Source: Bacteriovoracaceae bacterium | GTDB lineage: Bacteria; Bdellovibrionota; Bacteriovoracia; Bacteriovoracales; Bacteriovoracaceae | NCBI GenBank assembly: GCA_049599895.1 | Contig: JBMYPC010000104.1 | Span: 1 to 11,074, forward strand | Direction: 5' to 3' | Length of the DNA: 11,074 nucleotides | Part shown: positions 1-7,956 of the stretch, piece by piece | Layout: each line of letters begins with the position of its first letter | Numbering within the stretch: position 1 is the first letter of the stretch | Notes under the pieces: generated by a model | Told to the model about the DNA's origin: nothing | Seen by the model: the letters and a program-made list of their open reading frames with translations, nothing else | Databases searched by the model: none | Program-made: the position numbers and the translations under genes

Positions 1-187
1 TTTCCCATTTAAATTTTTTAATATATTTTTCCATCTCTTGAAAGATATTTTGAAACTTCCCAAGGACAAAACAAGGATCGTTTCTATAAAAGAAAAGATA
101 ATCTTCCTCAACCTGGCGTAGGAGGACATCTTCAAGGGCCAAATTTTGGAATATATCTCGATAAGGGGATACAAAGTATTTAATCAA
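1..187 (-). CDS. lplA: Lipoate-protein ligase A, N-terminal part (runs off the left edge of the window)
   Basis: Not in the ORF track. Hand translation from TTG at 187 gives MIKYFVSPYRDIFQNLALEDVLLRQVEEDYLFFYRNDPCFVLGKFQNIFQEMEKYIKKFKWE..., matching the LplA N-terminal pattern (NLAxE-x-LL ... LFxYxNxPxxVxGxxQN...E). SD-like TAAGG lies 6 nt upstream, and the start is 15 nt after the mtgA stop. Confidence 0.85.
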   Translation of the reverse strand, partial: MIKYFVSPYRDIFQNLALEDVLLRQVEEDYLFFYRNDPCFVLGKFQNIFQEMEKYIKKFKWE

Positions 188-202
188 TTTAGGCCTTAAA
201 AA

Positions 203-1156
203 CTATTCAATATTAAATTCATTTTGAAAACCAGATTCATCTTCAATTAGGGCATCATCATCATACGTAAGCTCATCATCAACCAACATGTCTCGATCTA
301 TTTTCAAGTTTGCTTCGATAGTTTTGCCATCAATAAATTTTCGAGGCCATTTTTGCTTAAGGCTTGCCGAGCCCCTTTCTCTCTTTTTTTCCCAATTTAA
401 ATGCCGTGACATCTCTCTTTTCAGTTGTTCAGAATTAAGTTTCTTAGCAAGTTTGAGCTTTCCCATAATTTTTGCCACTTGCTCCTTAGCAAAGGGAGTC
501 AGTTCTTTTTGACGAAAAGATTGAGAGTATTTCATGGGATTAGGTAAAAGCATGGCAAGAAAGGCCGCTTCTTTATAAGTTAAATCTCGATAGTTCTTTT
601 TAAAATAATACTGGGAGGCTTTTTGAACACTATAAAGACCATCTCCCAAATGAAGAATATTAAAGTAAACTTCAAGAATCTTTTCTTTAGAAAGCTCACG
701 CTCGAGATGTTTCACAATAATGACTTCTTTAAATTTTCGAAGATAACTTCTTTCATTTGATAAAAAGAGGTTCTTAACAACTTGTTGAGATATCGTTGAT
801 GCCCCTCTTAGTTTTTTGCCCTTAAAAAGGCTCTCTTCAATAGACTTTTTAACTTGAGAAAGATCGACTCCCTCATGCTGAAAGAAGGCCCAATCTTCAC
901 TTAAGACAATCATATCTTTGACAGTTTTTGGATAGTTTCTCAATTCAACCCAATTCTTAGGTCTTTTTTTATTAATATTAAAACGAACTGAGCCCGTGCT
1001 TCCTTTTTTAGTTGAAGGTTTTATCTTCTCAATGTGGACGAAGCCATTTTTGAGGGCCTGAATTTCATTTCGCGGAATAATGGGCCATACATACACAGCA
1101 AGTGAAAAAACAAAAAGAACGCAGAATGTGATGACACCAATAATCGCTTTTTTCAT
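203..1156 (-). CDS. mtgA: Monofunctional biosynthetic peptidoglycan transglycosylase (GT51) with N-terminal membrane anchor and acidic C-terminal extension
   Basis: GT51 motifs present in order: EDWAFFQHEGVD (EDxxFxxHxG, catalytic Glu), RGASTISQQVVKNLFL, RKFKE, KEKILEVYFN. N-terminal hydrophobic helix; no transpeptidase domain. Confidence 0.93.
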   Translation of the reverse strand: MKKAIIGVITFCVLFVFSLAVYVWPIIPRNEIQALKNGFVHIEKIKPSTKKGSTGSVRFNINKKRPKNWVELRNYPKTVKDMIVLSEDWAFFQHEGVDLSQVKKSIEESLFKGKKLRGASTISQQVVKNLFLSNERSYLRKFKEVIIVKHLERELSKEKILEVYFNILHLGDGLYSVQKASQYYFKKNYRDLTYKEAAFLAMLLPNPMKYSQSFRQKELTPFAKEQVAKIMGKLKLAKKLNSEQLKREMSRHLNWEKKRERGSASLKQKWPRKFIDGKTIEANLKIDRDMLVDDELTYDDDALIEDESGFQNEFNIE

Positions 1157-1157
1157 G

Positions 1158-1185
1158 AATGACCTTAATTTCCTTCGAGGTCATT
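1158..1185. promoter_or_regulatory. Perfect inverted repeat AATGACCT-N12-AGGTCATT, candidate operator over the mtgA -10/TSS
   Basis: Arms at 1158-1165 and 1178-1185 are exact reverse complements. One arm overlaps the -10 hexamer and the other the ribosome-binding region. Confidence 0.45.
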
Positions 1186-1211
1186 ATAGCTGTCCCATTA
1201 AAAAATGTCTA
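1183..1211 (-). promoter_or_regulatory. Sigma70-type promoter for mtgA-lplA
   Basis: Minus strand reads TAGACA (1211-1206), 17 bp, TATAAT (1188-1183). Predicted start near 1176, about 20 nt before the mtgA ATG, with SD-like AAGGA/TAAGG in the leader. Confidence 0.7.
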
Positions 1212-1254
1212 AATTGACCAACTAAACAAGAGATAACTCACCAAATATAAAGGA

Positions 1255-1273
1255 CTGTCTAGGAATTAGACAG
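1255..1273. repeat. Perfect inverted repeat CTGTCTA-N5-TAGACAG in the mtgA upstream region
   Basis: Arms at 1255-1261 and 1267-1273. The half-site TGTCTA recurs at 1206-1211, the predicted -35. Confidence 0.4.
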
Positions 1274-1282
1274 ATCGAAGTT

Positions 1283-1312
1283 TTAAGAGAACGCCAACTC
1301 ATGGTCGCTCTT
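1283..1312 (-). terminator. Weak hairpin just downstream of the nuclease gene, possible terminator
   Basis: Minus-strand GAGCG-A-CCA / loop / UGG-CGUUC stem about 10 nt after the stop at 1323. The U-tract is poor. Confidence 0.25.
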
Positions 1313-1322
1313 TGAAAGTTTT

Positions 1323-2342
1323 TTAAAGCTTCTTTAAAGAGCAATTAATTTTATAGCTATTAGTCGTAAACTCATTCATCGGCTTAATTCTAATTTGAAA
1401 ACTCCAATTCTTTGACAAGATATGAAATGAACTCGTACCGATACCGTCTTCAATTAAAAGATCCGAAAAATCATCTTTTAACTTTGCGTACTCAAGAGCG
1501 TAAGCCGAGTCGAATTCGTATTCATTTTGATAGAGACAATTTAATTGAACCACTTCTGGGTTATCAAATCCTTGCAAAATCAAAAGAGTCTCTCGAAATT
1601 GCTCTGCATTTTCAGTAAATAATTGAGAAACAATACTATAAAGCCTTCTCGCTAAGCGCTGATAATGATCACGAATAATTTCTTTTGCTGGCACCTCTTG
1701 ATTTCCAGGCAGACGACTTCCAATGGTTTCATCCCAAGCTTTATCAAAACCTCCTGTAAAGTTGAGTCCATAAAGTTGGTAAAGCTCTAAGGCCATCTGC
1801 TCAAAGCTTTGATCAATAAAAAGATTAAATTCTTCTTGAATGCTTTTGGAAACTGAATGGTCAAAATACTTTTCAATAAAACTTTTTGCTCCAGCACTTT
1901 TAGTATTAATGAAACTATTCTTTCGACACATTTTGAGACTCAAATAAAGACTTTGATCATCTCTATCATTAACAGAAAGAATGATGTCGGCTTCTCCTGA
2001 AGCTGAATTACGGTTTGCTCCAACCTTCTTACCACTGACAACAATGGACTCTGGTTTGGGCCAATTTTTAAATATTTCTTTTTCTTCGAGGCTTTGAACA
2101 AATTTTTTGCTCAGCCCCATAATCTTTGAAACGAGATCTGGATAGTTCTTTAAAATCCAAGACTGATAATGACGCAACTGTTCAACAACATGAGGATGTT
2201 GCGTGTTCTCAAAGGAACTTTGAAGGCCATAGAAACAAGCCACTTCGTAAGCAACTAAATATTCGAAGAGATTTCCCCTCATCTCATTCAACAAACTTTC
2301 GCTTTGCTGAGAGCGGTCAAATTCCCAACCATCTTTTCTCAA
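1323..2342 (-). CDS. PD-(D/E)XK-fold endonuclease, distantly HaeIII restriction-endonuclease-like (orphan, no adjacent methyltransferase)
   Basis: N-terminal helix motif RGNLFEY (E27), GEADIIL (D119) and LSLK (S135-x-K137) form the E...D...SxK variant active site. C-terminal WSFQIRIKP...SYKINCS resembles the HaeIII-family WQFSFRIHN...LKFDIQ segment as recalled from memory. TTG start at 2342 with upstream AAGG; alternative ATG at 2282. The CDS itself is near certain; the family call is by eye. Confidence 0.65.
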   Translation of the reverse strand: MRKDGWEFDRSQQSESLLNEMRGNLFEYLVAYEVACFYGLQSSFENTQHPHVVEQLRHYQSWILKNYPDLVSKIMGLSKKFVQSLEEKEIFKNWPKPESIVVSGKKVGANRNSASGEADIILSVNDRDDQSLYLSLKMCRKNSFINTKSAGAKSFIEKYFDHSVSKSIQEEFNLFIDQSFEQMALELYQLYGLNFTGGFDKAWDETIGSRLPGNQEVPAKEIIRDHYQRLARRLYSIVSQLFTENAEQFRETLLILQGFDNPEVVQLNCLYQNEYEFDSAYALEYAKLKDDFSDLLIEDGIGTSSFHILSKNWSFQIRIKPMNEFTTNSYKINCSLKKL

Positions 2343-2432
2343 ATTCTTCTACCTTTGTCCTACCGATTTTTATTTTCAAATAGTGAACGTGCTTTTAATA
2401 TAAGGCGATATTAATTTAAAACAAAGTTGTTC

Positions 2433-3446
2433 ATGCCTAAGTTTCACGACTTTCCGCAGATTCTGGCAAGTGTTAATGATCTCTCTGAGCCTCAAATTCA
2501 AGACATTCTAAACTTTTCCCTAAAATTAAAGAACCCTCAATTTAGAACCGAAATTCAAAAGCAATATAAAGATGCCGAACTTCTTTCAATCGCTCATCTT
2601 TTTTTTGAGAACTCTACCCGAACCCTTTATTCCTTTTATCAAGCAGCAAAATTATTGGGTCTGAACCCAGTCAATATCCCTGTTGCCAATTCAAGCCTCA
2701 CCAAAGGAGAGGCCATTGATGAAACTCTTATGACATTTGCGGCACAAGGTTTTTGCCTCTCTATCATAAGAACATCAGATGATCATTTCTTTGATAAAGT
2801 AAAAAAACTCCCCATCCCTCTTTTAAATGCTGGAAATGGTCAAACAGAACATCCGACACAGGCCCTTTTAGACCTCTTAACTTTACTCGATATCTCAAAT
2901 GGAAATTTTGAAAGCCTTAAAAATAAAAAAATTGCTTTCGTGGGAGATTTGAAACATTCAAGAGTTGCAAAATCTCATTTTCGTCTTCTGCCGAAGTTTG
3001 CAATGAAAGTTATCGCCATTGCACCTGAAGAATTCATGGTGAGCCAAAACGAAAAAGAAGCTTTTGCAAGCTCAGTTGAATACACTCAAAACTTTCACTC
3101 CCAAATAAAAGATCTCGACTATCTTTATATGCTAAGAGTCCAAAATGAACGACACAATAAAGATGCCGACATCTCATTTAGTTTAGATCAATACATCAAG
3201 TCTTATGGCCTTAAGCACTCCGACTTAAAAGAAAACCCGAATCTCTTCGTTTTTCATCCAGGACCAGCAAATATTGGAGTTGAAATAACTCAAGAAGTTG
3301 CTGATTCAAAGAATTACCAAGCCTATCTTCAAGTTGAAAATTCTACTTTTTTAAGAGCCGCTCTTATTCACTATGCAATCAACAGTTTTGAATATTCTTT
3401 TAACCCCTTTAGAAACCCCATTCTAAAAACAAGGAAGTCAATATGA
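2433..3446 (+). CDS. pyrB: Aspartate carbamoyltransferase catalytic subunit
   Basis: FFENSTRT (carbamoyl-phosphate binding), SSLTKGE, HPTQALLD, VGDLKHSRVAKS, LRVQNER, HPGP. ATG at 2433 preferred; the track starts at TTG 2427. Stop overlaps the next start (ATGA at 3443-3446). Confidence 0.96.
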   Translation: MPKFHDFPQILASVNDLSEPQIQDILNFSLKLKNPQFRTEIQKQYKDAELLSIAHLFFENSTRTLYSFYQAAKLLGLNPVNIPVANSSLTKGEAIDETLMTFAAQGFCLSIIRTSDDHFFDKVKKLPIPLLNAGNGQTEHPTQALLDLLTLLDISNGNFESLKNKKIAFVGDLKHSRVAKSHFRLLPKFAMKVIAIAPEEFMVSQNEKEAFASSVEYTQNFHSQIKDLDYLYMLRVQNERHNKDADISFSLDQYIKSYGLKHSDLKENPNLFVFHPGPANIGVEITQEVADSKNYQAYLQVENSTFLRAALIHYAINSFEYSFNPFRNPILKTRKSI

Positions 3447-6400
3447 ACCCACATTTAAATGAAGCCAAGTTTTATGAAAACCTTAAGCAAACCGAAATTT
3501 ATCTTCATTTCAAAGATGGTTCTATTTTTGAGGGAACAATTAATAAACCCAAAGATCACCCTCTTTTAAAAGAAGGAATATGGGCCGAAGCGGCTTTCAC
3601 AACGGCAATGTCAGGCTACCAAGAAACCATGACCGATCCGTCCTATCTTGGGCAACATCTTATATTTGCCACCAGCCATGTGGGAAATTACGACTCTGAT
3701 CCAAAACAGATGCAATCAGAGAGAGTTCACGCTTGTTCAATCATTGCTTCACATTTTTCTTATAATGAATTTCTCTCCCAAACAGATAAACCTCTCATCA
3801 CTTTAAATGATACAAGAAACCTCATTCAATTTTTAACCTCTACTGATTGCTCGCATATAAGTGTTCTTAAAACAGACAAAACTCCATTAAAAAAAGAAGA
3901 GTTTAATCTTGAGAAGGTGCATTGTAGTGATCTTAAAAGAGTTGGCCAAGAGTCAGCACAGACCCTCATTGGAGGGAAATCCCCCATCGTTCTGATAAAC
4001 TATGGTGTTAAAAAGGCCATCACAAACTATCTTAAAGAACTTGATTTGCCACTTGTCACTCTCCCCCATACGGCAAGCTTTGAAGAAATCACAAACTATA
4101 AGCCTCGAATGGTTTTTCTCTCAAATGGTCCAGGAGATCCAAGAAATTACACTGAGCAAGTTCAGGTCATCAAAAAAATCATTGAAGAAACTGACATCCC
4201 TCTTAGAGGAATATGTTTAGGTCACCAGCTCCTTGGCCTTGCCATGGGCGCAGAAGTCTATAAGCTTCCTTTTGGTCAACGAGGGATTAATCATCCTGTC
4301 TACAACCTTGAGCTCGACAAGGTTCTCATCACCTCACAAAACCATGGTTATTCTGTAACTGAAGAATCATTGAAAAATATCGGTGCTGTTGGAAAAACCC
4401 AAGAAGAAATTCTTGTTACAGAAAAATCATTATTTGATAAATCGGTTGAGGCCATGGCCTCAAAGGACCTAAGAATTAAATCAGTTCAATACCATCCAGA
4501 ATCAAATCCAGGTCCAACAGATGCGTTTCCTTTTTTCAAAGAAGTCAAAGACTACCTTGAATCAAGTCTTGAAAAAAACTGTGTTGTGAATCACAAACTT
4601 CCTTCACAAGAGCTCAACAAAAAAATTCCCTATAAAAAGATTCTACTCATTGGAAGTGGGCCTATCAAAATCGGACAAGCCTCAGAGTTTGACTACTCTG
4701 GAACACAAGCTTGTAAGGCCTTAGGCAGTATTGGAATTGATGTTGTCCTTCTCAATTCCAATCCAGCGACAATTATGACCGATCCCAATATGGCCTATCG
4801 AACATATATTGAACCCATTACCCAAGAAACCATTGTTAAAATCATTCAAAAAGAAAAAGTCGATGCCATTCTCTCCACAATGGGGGGGCAAACGGCGCTC
4901 AACATTTGTATCGAACTTGAAAAGAATGGAATCCTTGAAAGAGAAGGGGTTCAGCTTTTAGGGGCCAAAGTTGATACTATAGAAAGAACTGAAGATAGAG
5001 AGCTCTTTGCCAAAGAGCTGGCCGGTCTTGGTTTTCAAACAGGAAAACGTTTTACAGCGAATGATGAAAATGAGGCCACTCAACTTGCAAAAGCCCAAGT
5101 GGGATACCCTCTTATTATTAGAAGAGACTTTGCTCTAGGGGGTAAAGGAGCGGCTCTCGTTCACAACATTGATGAACTCAAAGACGTTTTAAGTGGAGAT
5201 TTCAAATATCCGATAACTCTTGAAAAAAGTTTACTCGGCTGGAAAGAAGTTGAGCTTGAGATCATGGTCGACAGTGAAAAACAAGGTGTTGTGATCTGTT
5301 CAATTGAAAATGTCGATCCTTGTGGAATCCACACAGGGGACTCAATCACGGTTGCACCAGCCCAGACAATCTCTGATCGCTGTCTGCAGAAGATGCGTGA
5401 TATCTCTTTAACAGTTGCTAAACATATGGGAGTTGTTGCTGGTGGCGCGAACGTTCAGTTTGCCATCAACCCTTTAAATGAAGATGATATTGTCGTTATT
5501 GAAATGAACCCGAGAGTTTCAAGGTCATCAGCACTTGCCTCTAAGGCAACCGGTTACCCGATTGCAAAGATTTCGGCCCTTTTAGCGGTTGGTTACACCC
5601 TTAAAGAAATTCTTAATGACATTACAAAGGTTTCACCAGTGGCCTTCGAGCCGACTCTCGATTATGTTGCGGTAAAAATCCCCATTTTTCCTTTTCAAAA
5701 ATTTCCTTTCTCTTCAAAGACTCTTGGACCTCAGATGCGCTCAGTAGGTGAAGTCCTCGCACTTGGGGGAAGTTTTACGGAAGCCTTTTTAAAAGCTTTA
5801 CGCTCATTAGAAATAGGTCTTGAAATTCCAAGCCTTAAGCAACTTAAAACGACTCCTTTTCATCTCGAGCTCGATTATCTCAAAGAAAGACTTTCTGGAA
5901 GTTTTGAGCTTTCGCTCCTCACGGCCCTTGAGGGACTTCGTAAAGGCTTAAGCTCCTCCGAGATTCATCAGATCTCTGGAATTACAAAATGGTTCGTAGA
6001 CCAAATGGATCATCTCAAAAACTTCGAAGGAAAGATTCAAACGGCATGGAATAGTGATGAGTCTCATAAAAATGAGGATATCCTAAGAGAAGCGAAAAGC
6101 TTGGGTCTGACAGACAAGGCCATCGCCTTTCTCGTCAATAGCTCCCAAGCCCAAATCTTTAAAAACCGAAAAGATCTCGATATCTTTCCAACTTACAAAG
6201 CTGTTGATACCTGTTCAGGGGAATTTCATGCAGTGACCCCCTACTTTTATTCAACATTCAAATCTGTGAATGAATCGATTTCATTTAATAAAACTGATCC
6301 CAATAAAGAGTCTTACGTTATTCTTGGATCAGGACCAAACCGGATCGGACAAGGAATTGAATTTGACTACTCATGTGTAAAAGCGTGTCAAAGACTTTCA

Positions 6401-7936
6401 GAAAAGAAAAAAAATTCGATCATGATCAACTCAAACCCTGAAACGGTATCCACTGATTATGATATTTCAAACCGACTCTACCTTTCACCACTTTACTCTG
6501 AAGATCTTTTCGACATCTTCCTCAATGAAAGACCTAATGGAATTGTGACTTCATTTAGTGGTCAAACAGGTATCAAAGTCAGGCATCACTTAGAAGAAGG
6601 CTTTAGAAAAGAAACCTATGGCCTCCCTTTTCTTGGGGCCAACCTTAAGACACTTGATTTAACGGAAGACCGTGCCCAGTTTGATAGTGTCATCTCAGAG
6701 CTTGACCTTGATAAAACAAAGTCTGTTGAAGTTAGTGGTTACAAAAAACTAGTGGGAGCAATGCTCGACATTGGTATGCCAGTCATTATTAGACCAAGTT
6801 ACGTCATCGGCGGAGAAAGTATGTTCATTTTTTATGGCCATGATGAAATTGAAAAACTTCCTCCTCATTACCAAGAGCAGTTAAAGCAATCAAAAACAAC
6901 ATTTCAAATTGAAAACTATCTTGAAAATGCTATCGAATATGATGTGGACCTTGTTCGGGATAAGTCAGGAAACTGTGTTTTTACAATTTGTGAGCATATC
7001 GAGCACGCAGGGGTACATTCGGGAGACTCAGGAATGGTAACCCCACCAGTCGTTCTTACATCAAATACCTACAAACGCATGAAAAAGATCTCTATTGAAA
7101 TTGCGAATCGCCTTGAAATTGTAGGTCCAATCAACTTTCAATTTGCAGTAAAAGAAGATCGAATCTATTGCATTGAGGCCAACCCAAGAGGTTCGAGAAC
7201 TCTCCCATTTCTCTCTAAAGCCTATCATGTGTCACTTCCTTCTTTTGCCATGGATGCTCTTCTCGGTGAAGAAGTTCCTAACTTTGATCTTGAACAACTA
7301 AATTACTTTGCCGTTAAACAATCAACCTTCCCATTTGATCGTTTTGTTCAAGATAATATTATTCTTGGACCTAAAATGCGATCTACTGGCGAGACTATGG
7401 GTGTAGACTTCGGTAAAGAAGAAGCAATCTTAAAGTCTCTACTTGGCAACTATCCTAAACTGAATAAAGTTGGAAAGATTTTGATCAGCCTCACTGACAA
7501 ACATAAAGGAATCCTAATTCCCTACCTCAAAAGATGTACTCAGCTTGGCTATGAGTTTGTGGCCACCAGTGGAACTTATCAATACATCAAAAAACAAGGA
7601 ATTCCATGTGAGTTAGCACTTAAGATCCAGGAAGATAGTGATGACAATTCACTGAATCAGAACTCACGGTCTATACTTGAAGTCTTAAAAGATGAAAACC
7701 TCATTATGGTTTTCAATACTCCTATGAATCAAGGTGAGTCTAAATCCGATGGTGAATATATTCGAAACAATGCCATTCAGTACGCTGTGCCTTGCTTTAC
7801 GAGACCTGAAAACATTAAGGCCGTACTTGAGTCAATTATTGGTGTGTCTGAAGACATCTCACCACTATCACTACAAGAGCTAGCAAGCAAAGCAGCAAAA
7901 ACTGAAAGTTTTGTTGAAACAAATAGAATTTCTTAA
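3443..7936 (+). CDS. carB: Carbamoyl-phosphate synthetase, fused small (glutaminase, CarA) and large (CarB) subunits in one 1497-aa polypeptide
   Basis: CarA part (about 3443-4560): TTAMSGYQETMTDPSY, LSNGPGDP, GICLGHQ (C258), SQNHGY, QYHPE (H351/E353). CarB part from about 4634: KKILLIGSGPIKIGQASEFDYSG, GIHTGDS, IEMNPRVSRSSALASKATG, second ATP-grasp LGSGPNRIGQGIEFDY...GVHSGDS...IEANPRGSRT, and a C-terminal MGS-like domain (FVATSGT...NTP...DGEYIR). No stop between the two parts. Confidence 0.97.
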   Translation: MNPHLNEAKFYENLKQTEIYLHFKDGSIFEGTINKPKDHPLLKEGIWAEAAFTTAMSGYQETMTDPSYLGQHLIFATSHVGNYDSDPKQMQSERVHACSIIASHFSYNEFLSQTDKPLITLNDTRNLIQFLTSTDCSHISVLKTDKTPLKKEEFNLEKVHCSDLKRVGQESAQTLIGGKSPIVLINYGVKKAITNYLKELDLPLVTLPHTASFEEITNYKPRMVFLSNGPGDPRNYTEQVQVIKKIIEETDIPLRGICLGHQLLGLAMGAEVYKLPFGQRGINHPVYNLELDKVLITSQNHGYSVTEESLKNIGAVGKTQEEILVTEKSLFDKSVEAMASKDLRIKSVQYHPESNPGPTDAFPFFKEVKDYLESSLEKNCVVNHKLPSQELNKKIPYKKILLIGSGPIKIGQASEFDYSGTQACKALGSIGIDVVLLNSNPATIMTDPNMAYRTYIEPITQETIVKIIQKEKVDAILSTMGGQTALNICIELEKNGILEREGVQLLGAKVDTIERTEDRELFAKELAGLGFQTGKRFTANDENEATQLAKAQVGYPLIIRRDFALGGKGAALVHNIDELKDVLSGDFKYPITLEKSLLGWKEVELEIMVDSEKQGVVICSIENVDPCGIHTGDSITVAPAQTISDRCLQKMRDISLTVAKHMGVVAGGANVQFAINPLNEDDIVVIEMNPRVSRSSALASKATGYPIAKISALLAVGYTLKEILNDITKVSPVAFEPTLDYVAVKIPIFPFQKFPFSSKTLGPQMRSVGEVLALGGSFTEAFLKALRSLEIGLEIPSLKQLKTTPFHLELDYLKERLSGSFELSLLTALEGLRKGLSSSEIHQISGITKWFVDQMDHLKNFEGKIQTAWNSDESHKNEDILREAKSLGLTDKAIAFLVNSSQAQIFKNRKDLDIFPTYKAVDTCSGEFHAVTPYFYSTFKSVNESISFNKTDPNKESYVILGSGPNRIGQGIEFDYSCVKACQRLSEKKKNSIMINSNPETVSTDYDISNRLYLSPLYSEDLFDIFLNERPNGIVTSFSGQTGIKVRHHLEEGFRKETYGLPFLGANLKTLDLTEDRAQFDSVISELDLDKTKSVEVSGYKKLVGAMLDIGMPVIIRPSYVIGGESMFIFYGHDEIEKLPPHYQEQLKQSKTTFQIENYLENAIEYDVDLVRDKSGNCVFTICEHIEHAGVHSGDSGMVTPPVVLTSNTYKRMKKISIEIANRLEIVGPINFQFAVKEDRIYCIEANPRGSRTLPFLSKAYHVSLPSFAMDALLGEEVPNFDLEQLNYFAVKQSTFPFDRFVQDNIILGPKMRSTGETMGVDFGKEEAILKSLLGNYPKLNKVGKILISLTDKHKGILIPYLKRCTQLGYEFVATSGTYQYIKKQGIPCELALKIQEDSDDNSLNQNSRSILEVLKDENLIMVFNTPMNQGESKSDGEYIRNNAIQYAVPCFTRPENIKAVLESIIGVSEDISPLSLQELASKAAKTESFVETNRIS

Positions 7937-7956
7937 AAAACTTTAAAGAAGGCCTT

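Noticed and set aside
1..129. Alternative minus-strand ORF from ATG at 129 (MSSYARLRK...)
   Set aside because: It overlaps the frame carrying clear LplA motifs and has no features of its own.
185..205. mtgA TAG is in frame with lplA, so read-through could give a fusion
   Set aside because: In-frame chance is 1 in 3, lplA has its own SD and TTG, and a periplasmic/cytoplasmic fusion is topologically implausible.
1323..2342. Complete type II R-M system or mobile defence island
   Set aside because: No methyltransferase motifs (FxGxG, PC, DPPY/NPPY) in any flanking gene, and no integrase, transposase, flanking repeats or obvious compositional shift.
4559..4633. Programmed frameshift or separate carB start in the CPS linker
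   Set aside because: The frame is continuous without a shift, and there is no ATG or SD-supported start. A homopolymer sequencing error cannot be fully excluded without reads.
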